DNA of 32,000 nt, from assembly GCA_965224465.1 (NCBI GenBank), contig OZ245049.1, forward strand, positions 3,210,001 through 3,242,000, read 5' to 3'. Below are positions 1-7,077 of this stretch, one piece after another; position 1 is the first letter of the stretch; each line of letters starts with the position of its first letter. Both the position numbers and the translations under genes were made by a program. This DNA is from Flavobacteriaceae bacterium (GTDB lineage: Bacteria > Bacteroidota > Bacteroidia > Flavobacteriales > Flavobacteriaceae). The notes beneath the pieces were generated by a model that was not told where the DNA came from, ran no database searches, and saw only the letters and a program-made list of their open reading frames with translations.

Positions 1-179
1 AGTGAAAACAGGGAAATATAACGAGGTTTAGATCTAGGCATGGGTTGTAGTATTTTGTTAAATAGTGATAAAATGTTCAATTATAGCAGGTGAAATTTAG
101 TTAAAAGTACTAAAAATTCAAAAGAAAGTGTGAATATAAACTTATTTTACTATATTGGAAGAACACAAAACCAACTATA

Positions 180-629
180 ATGTCAATAAAACATCTAAAA
201 CCAGTAAAAGGAAGCGTAGTAGAATCAAAAGAACGTAAGATCTTAGTAGCAGATTATATGATTACAAATATAGTGACGTTTTCACCAGATCAATTAATTG
301 TTAATGTTATGGATATATTGATAAAAAATAATATTTCAGGAGGACCTGTTGTGAATGAGAAAAACGAATTGCTCGGTATTGTTTCTGAGAGGGATTGTAT
401 GAAACAAATTAGTGAAAGTCGATATTTCAACATGCCTATTCCTGATGCTATTGTAGACAATCACATGGCAAAAGATGTAGATACGATGGATAAAAACATG
501 ACCATTTTTGATGCCGCTAATATTTTTTATTCTTCTGGAAGGAAACGGTTTCCAATTGTGGAAAATGGTAAATTGATAGGTCAAATAAGTAGAAGAGATA
601 TTGTAAAAGCAGCATTAGATATGATGTAA
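180..629 (+). CDS. Stand-alone CBS-domain pair protein (149 aa)
   Basis: The ORF has two tandem CBS-like modules (ITFSPDQ...GGPVVNEKNELLGIVSERD and DTMDKN...RFPIVENGKLIGQISRRDI). It has no other domain and no TM segment. Confidence 0.8.
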   Translation: MSIKHLKPVKGSVVESKERKILVADYMITNIVTFSPDQLIVNVMDILIKNNISGGPVVNEKNELLGIVSERDCMKQISESRYFNMPIPDAIVDNHMAKDVDTMDKNMTIFDAANIFYSSGRKRFPIVENGKLIGQISRRDIVKAALDMM

Positions 630-787
630 TATCAACTACATTTCCAAGTGACGGTTTAGAAATCGAATTATTTTTTGTTTTAGCTAGGTGAGAAATCTTA
701 GGATAGTTAGCCTATCGTTCTATTTTTAACAACGTTAGAACGTAAAATAAACTATTTATATCGGTCATTTTGGGTTGTATTTGGTGT
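630..787 (+). repeat. A-type MITE-like repeat, copy A1 (about 158 bp)
   Basis: It starts directly after the CBS stop codon. It shares the left end (A)TCAACTACATTTCC, the internal block TTTTTTGTTTTAGCTAGG...CGTTCTATTTTTAACAACGTTAGAACGTAAAATAAACTATTTATATCGG and the right end GGGTTGTATTTGGTGT with copies at 1106, 1666, 6879(rc), 11421(rc) and 12036(rc). Confidence 0.8.
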
Positions 788-816
788 AATAAGAGTTTTT
801 ATTGGTTTTATCCAAT

Positions 817-912
817 AAAAAAAACCGTTCAAAGATGAACGGTTTTTTTATCTCTTACCGAAGTAAGTTAGATTGAAACTTTCCCCAAATTTTCAATTTC
901 TCTAATAAGTAT
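817..912 (-). ncRNA. Candidate small RNA, copy B1 (promoter-to-terminator unit, about 95 nt)
   Basis: On the minus strand a TATCTTTG -7 box (917-924) is followed by no ATG-initiated ORF. Hairpin ATTGAAA/TTTCAAT lies at 872-897 with a 12-nt loop that reads AUUUGGGGAAAG in the RNA. Hairpin CTTAC-UUCG-GTAAG lies at 854-867. An intrinsic terminator CCGTTCA/TGAACGG (825-842) is followed by an 8-U run. The segment 817-924 looks identical by eye to 1284-1391. Confidence 0.45.
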
Positions 913-916
913 GGTA

Positions 917-924
917 CAAAGATA
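917..924 (-). promoter_or_regulatory. Bacteroidota-type -7 box TATCTTTG for B1
   Basis: Exact TAnnTTTG match on the minus strand. The position is conserved in all three B copies. There is no TTG at the -33 position (CAA instead). Confidence 0.45.
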
Positions 925-1084
925 TAGATGTTTTAGAATAGCATTGTTCGGGAAAACACATGATTAATTGTGGTTTTGCATAAAACAGAAGTTTTACTTT
1001 TTTTATCCCACTTGAAGGGTTTAATCCTATGAGGATAGGTCTTTAAAAACGAATTAGTTACCGTTTTCTTGGGGCAAATTTTTG

Positions 1085-1105
1085 AGGGATTATGTGGTTG
1101 GTATT
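1085..1105 (+). repeat. Solo right-end fragment of the A-type repeat
   Basis: GAGGGATTATGTGGTTGGTAT matches the A-family right terminus (GGGATTGTAATTGGTAT). It abuts the left end of A2 with one T between them, giving the palindromic junction TTGGTAT-T-ATACCAA. Confidence 0.5.
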
Positions 1106-1265
1106 ATACCAAATACATTCCCAAGTGATGGTTTAGAAATGGAATTATTTTTTGTTTTAGTTGTCGAAATGGATGGATAGCCTTGCTATTGGTATATTTT
1201 TTAACAATGCTAGAACGTGAAATGAACTATTTATATCGATAATTTGGGATTGGAATTACTTGGTT
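1106..1265 (+). repeat. A-type MITE-like repeat, copy A2 (more diverged)
   Basis: Left end ATACCAAATACATTCCCAAGTGATGGTTTAGAAATGG. The internal block is partly diverged. Right end TTTGGGATTGGAATTACTTGGT. Confidence 0.75.
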
Positions 1266-1283
1266 AAAATTATTTTTTTCAAC

Positions 1284-1379
1284 AAAAAAAACCGTTCAAA
1301 GATGAACGGTTTTTTTATCTCTTACCGAAGTAAGTTAGATTGAAACTTTCCCCAAATTTTCAATTTCTCTAATAAGTAT
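1284..1379 (-). ncRNA. Candidate small RNA, copy B2
   Basis: Same hairpins, terminator and -7 box (1384-1391) as B1. The sequence 1284-1391 appears identical to 817-924. Confidence 0.45.
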
Positions 1380-1383
1380 GGTA

Positions 1384-1391
1384 CAAAGATA
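1384..1391 (-). promoter_or_regulatory. Bacteroidota-type -7 box TATCTTTG for B2
   Basis: Exact TAnnTTTG match on the minus strand, at the same offset from the conserved core as in B1. Confidence 0.45.
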
Positions 1392-1665
1392 GGAATGTTA
1401 TAGGATGTATTTGTTCGGTAAAGCGCAGGTAAGACTGTGGGTTTTCGTATTGGATTGAATTTTTTTTTCTGTGCGTTTGTAAAGTTGAGATCTATGTATG
1501 CTTTACACTCATTTGATTTGTTAAATCTGTATTATTATATTGAATTATTTTTTGCAAGATAAAAGCTAAAATAGCTAGCATAGCTTTTTTATGGAAAGTT
1601 GGTTTTGAAAATTGGTTGTGAAAAGGAACCCCTATAATGCGACATTATAAAGTCAAATGAGGCTA

Positions 1666-1809
1666 ATACCAACTATATTTCCATATGACGGTCTATAAAT
1701 TAAATTGTTTTTTGTTTTAGCTAGGCGAAAAATTTAAAGATAGCCTTCGCTATCGTTCTATTTTTTAACAACGTTAGAACGTAAAACAAACTATTTATAT
1801 CGGTGATTT
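1666..1809 (+). repeat. A-type MITE-like repeat, copy A3, left part (interrupted by IS66)
   Basis: ATACCAACTATATTTCCATATGACGG...CTATTTATATCGGTGATTT is collinear with A1 up to the IS66 insertion point. The remaining right end resumes at 3817. Confidence 0.8.
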
Positions 1810-1888
1810 GTAAGCGTACGGAGAACTACATCTTGTAAGAAGTTAAAAATAATCTAATTTTTGCATCTAAACAAAAACGAAAATATAA

Positions 1889-2242
1889 ATGTTAGGATTA
1901 GGTACAGAACACACGTATTATTATCACTTATCTGCAGTTGATATGCGAAAAGGATTTAATGGATTAAGTGGATTAGTTAGTGAGCACATGGAACAAGAGC
2001 GAGATAGAAATAGTGTTTATGCATTTATCAATAAGCAAAAAAATAAACTAAAACTTCTTCATTGGCGACCTGGAGGATTTGTACTGTATTATAAACGATT
2101 GGAACGAGGTATTTTTGAGCTTCCAAAATACGACATTGAAGATGGATTAGTAGTTTTGAGTTATACCCAAATGGTTATGGTTTTAGACGGAATTAGTATT
2201 ATAAATACTCAGAAAAACGAACGTTATTTAGAGGCTAAATAA
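1889..2242 (+). CDS. tnpB: IS66-family accessory protein TnpB (IS66 Orf2-like, 117 aa)
   Basis: Carries the motifs DMRKGFNGLSGLV, KLLHW and YKRLERGIFELP, which are typical of IS66 Orf2. It sits immediately upstream of the transposase and inside the IS ends. Confidence 0.85.
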   Translation: MLGLGTEHTYYYHLSAVDMRKGFNGLSGLVSEHMEQERDRNSVYAFINKQKNKLKLLHWRPGGFVLYYKRLERGIFELPKYDIEDGLVVLSYTQMVMVLDGISIINTQKNERYLEAK

Positions 2243-2285
2243 TTCAATAAAACTGTAGGTTTTACCTGCTATTTAGTCTTGTTTT

Positions 2286-3788
2286 TTGTATATTTATAGT
2301 GTGGAAAACAATACAATAGACATACAAAAAGAGCTGGTAATTTTAAAGATTGAACTTGAAAAAACAGCTCAAGAACTAGCTGAAATTAAGCAGCAATACG
2401 AGCAGCTTAAAAGAATGGTTTTCGGGTCTAAAAGCGAACGTTTTATCCCTGTTGACACAAATCAATTGTCGCTTTTCGGAAAAATAATAGCTGAGAAAGA
2501 AGAGGCATACAAAAAACATATTGTAATCTACGAAAGAAAACAAAAGAAGAAAGGAAAGAAAAAACCTGTTCGCTCTTCTATACCTGCGCATTTTCCGCGA
2601 GTAGAAGAGATTATAGAGCCTAAGCACATAGAAGAAGGAGCTGTAAAAATAGGAGAAGAAGTTACAGAACTTTTAGAAATAACGCCTCTTTCCGTTTTTG
2701 TAAGACGAATTGTAAGACCTAAATATGCACTTCCGGAAGAAAAAGGCGTTGTTATAGCAGAATTACCAAGCTTACCGATACCTAAAGGAAATGCATCAGC
2801 AAGTTTATTGGCCTTTATACTTATTTCAAAATTTGTAGACCATTTACCACTTTACAGATTAATTCAAATTTTTAAACGACAAGATTTAAAAGTAAGTAAA
2901 TCAACAATTGGAGGATGGGTATCTAAAAGTTCGGAGCTTATCGCTCCTTTATACGATACATTTAAGGCTCAGTTTTTAGAAAATGCCAATTATATTCAAG
3001 CAGACGAATCTCCTATAAAGGTTTTAGATAAAGACAAGAAAAAATCAACACACAGAGGGTATATGTGGGTGTATCGAAATCCTGTTAAAAATTTAGTTCT
3101 TTTTGAATACAATAAAGGGAGAGGAAAAGTTGTTCCAGAAGAGTTTTTTAAAGATTTCAATGGGACACTACAGTCCGATGGGTATGCTGCATACCAAAAC
3201 TTAACAACAAAAGGAGAAATTACTCTTTTAGGTTGCATGGCTCATGCTAGGCGGTATTTTGAGAAGGCGCTGGATAATGATCCTAAAAGAGCGGATGTTG
3301 TTTTGTTGGAAATTCAAAAGCTATACAAGATAGAACGTAAAATAAAAGAACAAGAATTAACTATTGAGCAAACTAAAGCATATAGAGAAAAACATGCATC
3401 ACCTGTTTTAGACGGAATAGAAATTTATCTTACAAAAGAGCGAAAAAACGTACTGCCTAAAAGTGCCATAGGAAAAGCAATTGCTTATACTCTTAAAATA
3501 TGGCAAAACCTAAAACTATACATCGATGATGGCAGGTTTGAAATAGACAACAATAATATAGAAAATGCCATAAGACCTTTAGCTATTGGCAGAAAAAATT
3601 ATCTCTTTGCTGGCAGTCATGAGTCCGCACAAAACATAGCTCTATTTTATAGCTTTTTTGCTACTTGCAAAAAGAATAACGTAAACCCACATACGTGGCT
3701 ATGTGATGTCCTTAATAGATTACCAGAACATAAGGCTAATAAACTTTCGGAGTTACTGCCTCAAAATTGGAAGCCTGTTGATAAATAA
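2286..3788 (+). CDS. tnpC: IS66-family DDE transposase TnpC (about 495-500 aa)
   Basis: N-terminal coiled coil followed by MVFGSKSERF. Other motifs are DHLPLYR, ADESPIKVL, GYMWVY, LQSDGYAAY, CMAHARRYF and IRPLAIGRKNYLFAGS. The true start may be the GTG at 2301 rather than the TTG at 2286. Confidence 0.9.
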   Translation: MYIYSVENNTIDIQKELVILKIELEKTAQELAEIKQQYEQLKRMVFGSKSERFIPVDTNQLSLFGKIIAEKEEAYKKHIVIYERKQKKKGKKKPVRSSIPAHFPRVEEIIEPKHIEEGAVKIGEEVTELLEITPLSVFVRRIVRPKYALPEEKGVVIAELPSLPIPKGNASASLLAFILISKFVDHLPLYRLIQIFKRQDLKVSKSTIGGWVSKSSELIAPLYDTFKAQFLENANYIQADESPIKVLDKDKKKSTHRGYMWVYRNPVKNLVLFEYNKGRGKVVPEEFFKDFNGTLQSDGYAAYQNLTTKGEITLLGCMAHARRYFEKALDNDPKRADVVLLEIQKLYKIERKIKEQELTIEQTKAYREKHASPVLDGIEIYLTKERKNVLPKSAIGKAIAYTLKIWQNLKLYIDDGRFEIDNNNIENAIRPLAIGRKNYLFAGSHESAQNIALFYSFFATCKKNNVNPHTWLCDVLNRLPEHKANKLSELLPQNWKPVDK

Positions 3789-3816
3789 TCAAGGGTGTAC
3801 TTTACCGTACGCTTAC

Positions 3817-3839
3817 GGTGATTTTGATTGTAATTGTAT
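3817..3839 (+). repeat. A-type repeat copy A3, right end (after the IS66 insertion, includes the duplicated 8 bp)
   Basis: GGTGATTTTGATTGTAATTGTAT continues the A consensus (compare TCGGTCATTTTGGGTTGTATTTGGTGT in A1) once the IS and one copy of the duplication are removed. Confidence 0.75.
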
Positions 3840-3885
3840 ACGTTGTTCTTTAGAAATAGATTCTCTAATCAAAATGTTATTAACC

Positions 3886-3983
3886 AAAAAAAACCATTCA
3901 TAGCTGAATGGTTTTTTTAGTGCTTACCTAAATAAGCATTAGATTGAAACTTTCCCCAAATTTTCAATTTCTCTAATAAGTAT
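3886..3983 (-). ncRNA. Candidate small RNA, copy B3 (diverged paralog, best promoter)
   Basis: The 53-nt core TTAGATTGAAACTTTCCCCAAATTTTCAATTTCTCTAATAAGTATGGTACAAA is identical to B1 and B2. The terminator stem changes in a compensatory way (CCGTTCA/TGAACGG becomes CCATTCA/TGAATGG). The second hairpin is rebuilt as GCUUAU-UUAG-GUAAGC, with a U-G wobble that pairs only in a minus-strand transcript. It lies about 90 nt downstream of the aspS stop on the same strand. Confidence 0.5.
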
Positions 3984-3987
3984 GGTA

Positions 3988-4017
3988 CAAATATATACAT
4001 ATAGGTAGCATAGTCAA
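3988..4017 (-). promoter_or_regulatory. Full Bacteroidota-type promoter TTG-N19-TATATTTG for B3
   Basis: The minus strand reads TTGactatgctacctatatgtaTATATTTG. The -33 TTG is at 4015-4017 and the -7 box at 3988-3995. Confidence 0.5.
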
Positions 4018-4073
4018 TTCGGGTTAACACAGGTTAAATTGTGGTTTTCTGTAAATTAAAAACGCATCGTTTT

Positions 4074-5831
4074 TTATGTAGTTTTTATATTTAATTGTAA
4101 GCTTAGTTCTTTTAGTTGATCTTCTGCTATTTTTGATGGAGCGTCAATCATTACATCTCTTCCACTGTTGTTTTTAGGGAAAGCTATAAAATCTCTAATG
4201 GTCTCTTGACCTCCTAAAATAGCAACCAATCTGTCCAGTCCAAAAGCCAAACCACCGTGTGGCGGTGCTCCATAAGTAAAGGCATTCATTAAAAAACCAA
4301 ATTGCTCTTGTGCTTCTTCAGGAGAAAACCCTAAGTATTTGAACATCATTGCTTGCGTGTCTTTATCAAAAATCCTGATAGATCCTCCTCCAATTTCGTT
4401 ACCGTTTAATACCAAATCGTAGGCATTTGCTCTTACTTTTCCAGGGTCTGTTGCTAATAAGTGCATATCTTCTGGTTTTGGTGATGTAAATGGATGGTGC
4501 ATGGCGTGGTAGCGTTTGCTTTCTTCATCCCATTCTAACAACGGAAAGTCTACGACCCATAAAGGTGCAAATTCATCTGGTTTGCGCAGGCCTAGCGTTT
4601 CTGCCATTTCCATACGTAAAGCACTCATTTGACTGCGAACTTTGTCCGTTTCGCCACACATTACTAAAATTAAATCACCTGGTTTAGCACCCGTAGCATC
4701 TGCCCATTTTTGTAAATCTTCTTGCGTAAAGAATTTATCTACAGAAGATTTAAATGTTCCGTCTGCTAAATATTTAGCAAAGATCAAACCGCTAGCTCCT
4801 ACCTGTGGTCTTTTTACCCATTTGATTAATTTGTCGGTTTGTTTTCTTGAATAATCAGCACATCCAGGAACCGCAATACCAATTACCATTTCTTGACTGT
4901 CAAAAACGGCAAAGTCTTTTCCTTGTGTAATATTGTTGATTTCGGAAAACTCCATTCCAAAACGAATGTCTGGTTTGTCGTTTCCGTATTTTTTTAAGGC
5001 ATCCGCATAGGTCATTCTTGGGAATTCTGCTACGTCTACATTTTTTAACTCTTTTAATAAGTGGCGTGTCAACCCTTCAAATACTTTTAAGATGTCCTCT
5101 TGGTCTACAAAGGCCATTTCGCAGTCTATTTGTGTGAATTCTGGTTGTCTGTCTGCACGTAGATCCTCGTCTCTAAAACATTTTACAATCTGGAAATACT
5201 TGTCCATTCCACCTATCATTAACAATTGTTTAAAGGTTTGTGGTGATTGTGGTAAGGCGTAAAACTGACCTTGATTCATACGGCTTGGCACTACAAAATC
5301 TCGTGCCCCTTCTGGAGTAGATTTAATCAAATAAGGAGTCTCAATTTCGATAAACTCTTGATCTGATAAATATTTACGAACCTCCATTGCCACTTTATGG
5401 CGGAAAATAAGATTATTTTTTACAGGGTTTCTTCGGATGTCTAAATACCTGTATTTCATACGGATATCTTCTCCTCCGTCTGTTTTGTCCTCAATCGTAA
5501 ATGGAGGAGTTACAGATTTGTTTAATACAGTAATCTTTGATGCTAGAATTTCAATAGCTCCTGTTGGCATTTTATCATTCTTAGCCACACGTTCAATAAC
5601 TTCACCAGTCACTTGAATTACAAATTCACGTCCTAAGTCTTTTACTTGATCAATAAGTGCTTTATCACTGCGTTCTTCATCAATTATAATTTGAGTAATC
5701 CCATAACGATCACGTAGATCTATCCAAATCATAAATCCTTTGTCTCGTATTTTTTGTACCCAACCAGAAAGTATCACTTCTTGTCCTTTATGCGCTATTC
5801 GTAATTCTCCGTTCGTATGACTTCTGTACAT
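4074..5831 (-). CDS. aspS: Aspartate--tRNA ligase (585 aa)
   Basis: Full-length class IIb synthetase with an N-terminal OB anticodon-binding fold. Motifs include [33 protein letters not shown] and [10 protein letters not shown]. Confidence 0.97.
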   Translation of the reverse strand: MYRSHTNGELRIAHKGQEVILSGWVQKIRDKGFMIWIDLRDRYGITQIIIDEERSDKALIDQVKDLGREFVIQVTGEVIERVAKNDKMPTGAIEILASKITVLNKSVTPPFTIEDKTDGGEDIRMKYRYLDIRRNPVKNNLIFRHKVAMEVRKYLSDQEFIEIETPYLIKSTPEGARDFVVPSRMNQGQFYALPQSPQTFKQLLMIGGMDKYFQIVKCFRDEDLRADRQPEFTQIDCEMAFVDQEDILKVFEGLTRHLLKELKNVDVAEFPRMTYADALKKYGNDKPDIRFGMEFSEINNITQGKDFAVFDSQEMVIGIAVPGCADYSRKQTDKLIKWVKRPQVGASGLIFAKYLADGTFKSSVDKFFTQEDLQKWADATGAKPGDLILVMCGETDKVRSQMSALRMEMAETLGLRKPDEFAPLWVVDFPLLEWDEESKRYHAMHHPFTSPKPEDMHLLATDPGKVRANAYDLVLNGNEIGGGSIRIFDKDTQAMMFKYLGFSPEEAQEQFGFLMNAFTYGAPPHGGLAFGLDRLVAILGGQETIRDFIAFPKNNSGRDVMIDAPSKIAEDQLKELSLQLNIKTT

Positions 5832-5848
5832 TTTGTAAATTTTTGTTG

Positions 5849-5856
5849 CAAATTTA
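5849..5856 (-). promoter_or_regulatory. -7 box TAAATTTG upstream of aspS
   Basis: Exact TAnnTTTG match on the minus strand, 17 nt upstream of the aspS ATG. Confidence 0.45.
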
Positions 5857-5996
5857 AGGAAATCCTACGTATCTGTGCTTTTTTTTTAAGGGAATGTCTT
5901 GTGTCTATATTTAGTTTGGCTATAAAAATCATTGAGAGTGCTTAAATTAGCGGCAAAACAATTAAATGGCAAATTCTATTCCTATTGATTAATTTG

Positions 5997-6004
5997 TATC
6001 TTTG
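5997..6004 (+). promoter_or_regulatory. -7 box TATCTTTG upstream of tatA
   Basis: Exact TAnnTTTG match, 21 nt upstream of the ATG at 6026. Confidence 0.45.
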
Positions 6005-6025
6005 TAATCTAAAATTGTTAAAAGC

Positions 6026-6301
6026 ATGTTTTTATTTATTAGTGGAGCAGAGATTTTTGTGGTCATAGCATTAGCTGTAATGCTTTTTGGAGCCGACAAA
6101 TTACCGGAAATTGCACGTGGCTTAGGAAAGGGTATGCGTCAAGTAAAAGATGCTACAAACGATATAAAACGAGAAATTAAAACCAGTGCTAAAGATGCAA
6201 ATTTAGATATTGATGTTGTGACTGATATAAAAGAGCAAGTAAATAAGGTACGTGATAATTTCGAGGATTTTACAGGGCCTATCAAACGTAATTTTAAATA
6301 A
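6026..6301 (+). CDS. tatA: Twin-arginine translocase subunit, TatA/E family (91 aa)
   Basis: An N-terminal TM helix is followed by FGADKLPEIARGLGKGMRQVK, an amphipathic helix and a charged tail. Confidence 0.85.
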   Translation: MFLFISGAEIFVVIALAVMLFGADKLPEIARGLGKGMRQVKDATNDIKREIKTSAKDANLDIDVVTDIKEQVNKVRDNFEDFTGPIKRNFK

Positions 6302-6306
6302 TATTT

Positions 6307-6858
6307 TTGTTAGAAAAATTAGAATACTTAGATTCGAATTTACTTATTTTCCTAAATAATTTAGGGAGTCAATTTTGGGACGGTTTTTGGTTATTAGTAA
6401 CAAAGCCTCTTACGTGGTTGCCTGTTTTATTGCTGTTTGTTTTTTTGTGTGTCAAGGCTTTTAAATTCAAACGTGCATTTTTAGTTCTTTTAGCTATGGG
6501 CTTAGGTACTTTTTCCATTTTAACTATTGTCAACTTTATCAAAAACAACGTGCAGCGGTTACGCCCTGTGAACGATGTTTCTATGCATTCGAAATTAAGA
6601 GTTTTGATAGAACCAACCGATTTTAGTTTTCTTTCAGGACATGCAACCGTTTCGTGTTTTGTAGCGGTGTATTTGTATCTTTTATTTAGAAATTATTATA
6701 AGTTTCCTTTTCTAGTGTTTGTATTTCCAATTGTTTTTGGATACAGTCGATTGTATTTAGCAGTACATTACCCGAGTGATATTCTTGCAGGAACTCTTCT
6801 AGGAGGAATTGCAGGGCTGTTTGTATATAAAGGTGTGAAAAGAGTTGTGTTTCGATAA
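6307..6858 (+). CDS. PAP2-family phosphatase (membrane, 183 aa)
   Basis: Carries the three acid-phosphatase motifs KNNVQRLRP, SGHA and SRLYLAVHYPSD, plus multiple TM segments. The start appears to be a TTG, because there is no in-frame ATG near the N-terminus. Confidence 0.85.
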   Translation: MLEKLEYLDSNLLIFLNNLGSQFWDGFWLLVTKPLTWLPVLLLFVFLCVKAFKFKRAFLVLLAMGLGTFSILTIVNFIKNNVQRLRPVNDVSMHSKLRVLIEPTDFSFLSGHATVSCFVAVYLYLLFRNYYKFPFLVFVFPIVFGYSRLYLAVHYPSDILAGTLLGGIAGLFVYKGVKRVVFR

Positions 6859-6878
6859 TAAACAGCGAAGGGCTTATG

Positions 6879-7000
6879 ATACCAATTACAATCCCAAATG
6901 ATCGATATAAATAGTTTATTTTACGTTTAGCGTTGTTGAAAAACAGAACACTTTTCTTAGGTTTTTTATGTAGAAGCTCTTACGTGTTATTTTTGGGTAT
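6879..7000 (-). repeat. A-type MITE-like repeat, copy A4 (shorter and degenerate)
   Basis: ATACCAATTACAATCCCAAATGATCGATATAAATAGTTTATTTTACGTTTAGCGTTGTTGAAAAACAGAAC is the reverse complement of the right half of the A consensus. The far end GTGTTATTTTTGGGTAT weakly matches the other terminus. It begins 20 nt after the PAP2 stop. Confidence 0.65.
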
Positions 7001-7002
7001 AA

Positions 7003-7031
7003 AAAAACTCCCACCTAAGTGAGAGTTTTAA
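7003..7031 (-). terminator. Intrinsic terminator downstream of the flotillin gene
   Basis: The minus strand reads AAAACTCTCAC-TTAGG-TGGGAGTTTTTTT, a stem with one mismatch followed by a U-run. Confidence 0.6.
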
Positions 7032-7077
7032 TACTGTATTCTATAATCTTTCATCGAAGGTTTAATTCCCCGAGGCT

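Larger units (their letters stand above)
1810..3816 (+). mobile_element. IS66-family insertion sequence (2007 bp, two ORFs, intact)
   Basis: The terminal inverted repeats are GTAAGCGTACGG(agaactaca) at 1810 and (tgtacttta)CCGTACGCTTAC ending at 3816. A perfect 8-bp direct repeat GGTGATTT flanks the element at 1802-1809 and 3817-3824. GTAA-type ends and an 8-bp duplication are the IS66-family hallmarks. The element encodes a TnpB-like and a DDE TnpC-like ORF. Confidence 0.9.

Noticed and set aside
336-584. 82-aa minus-strand ORF inside the CBS gene
   Set aside because: It is antisense to a well-supported CBS-pair ORF. Its composition is typical of AT-rich antisense frames.
3703-3903. 66-aa ORF spanning the IS66 right end
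   Set aside because: It overlaps the transposase 3' end out of frame, crosses the IS terminal repeat and the MITE remnant, and runs into the B3 terminator. It is a chance open frame.
630-4073. Tandem intergenic repeat units as a type I toxin-antitoxin array (similar to the LDR or QUAD/Sib-Ibs loci)
   Set aside because: I looked on both strands for a small hydrophobic ORF conserved across the three units. The only ATG-initiated peptides, such as MNGFFISYRSKLD at 836, MVQRYRCF... at 912 and MCFPEQ... on the minus strand, are truncated or absent in the other copies and are not hydrophobic toxins.
4058-4074. AAAAACG-CAT-CGTTTTT hairpin as the aspS terminator
   Set aside because: It has only a 3-nt loop and an all-A/T-flanked 7-bp stem that overlaps the stop codon. 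That is too weak to call, so aspS may read through towards the B3 terminator.
4490-4854. 65- and 70-aa plus-strand ORFs inside aspS
   Set aside because: They are entirely antisense to a full-length, motif-complete aspS, and have no start context or recognisable domain.
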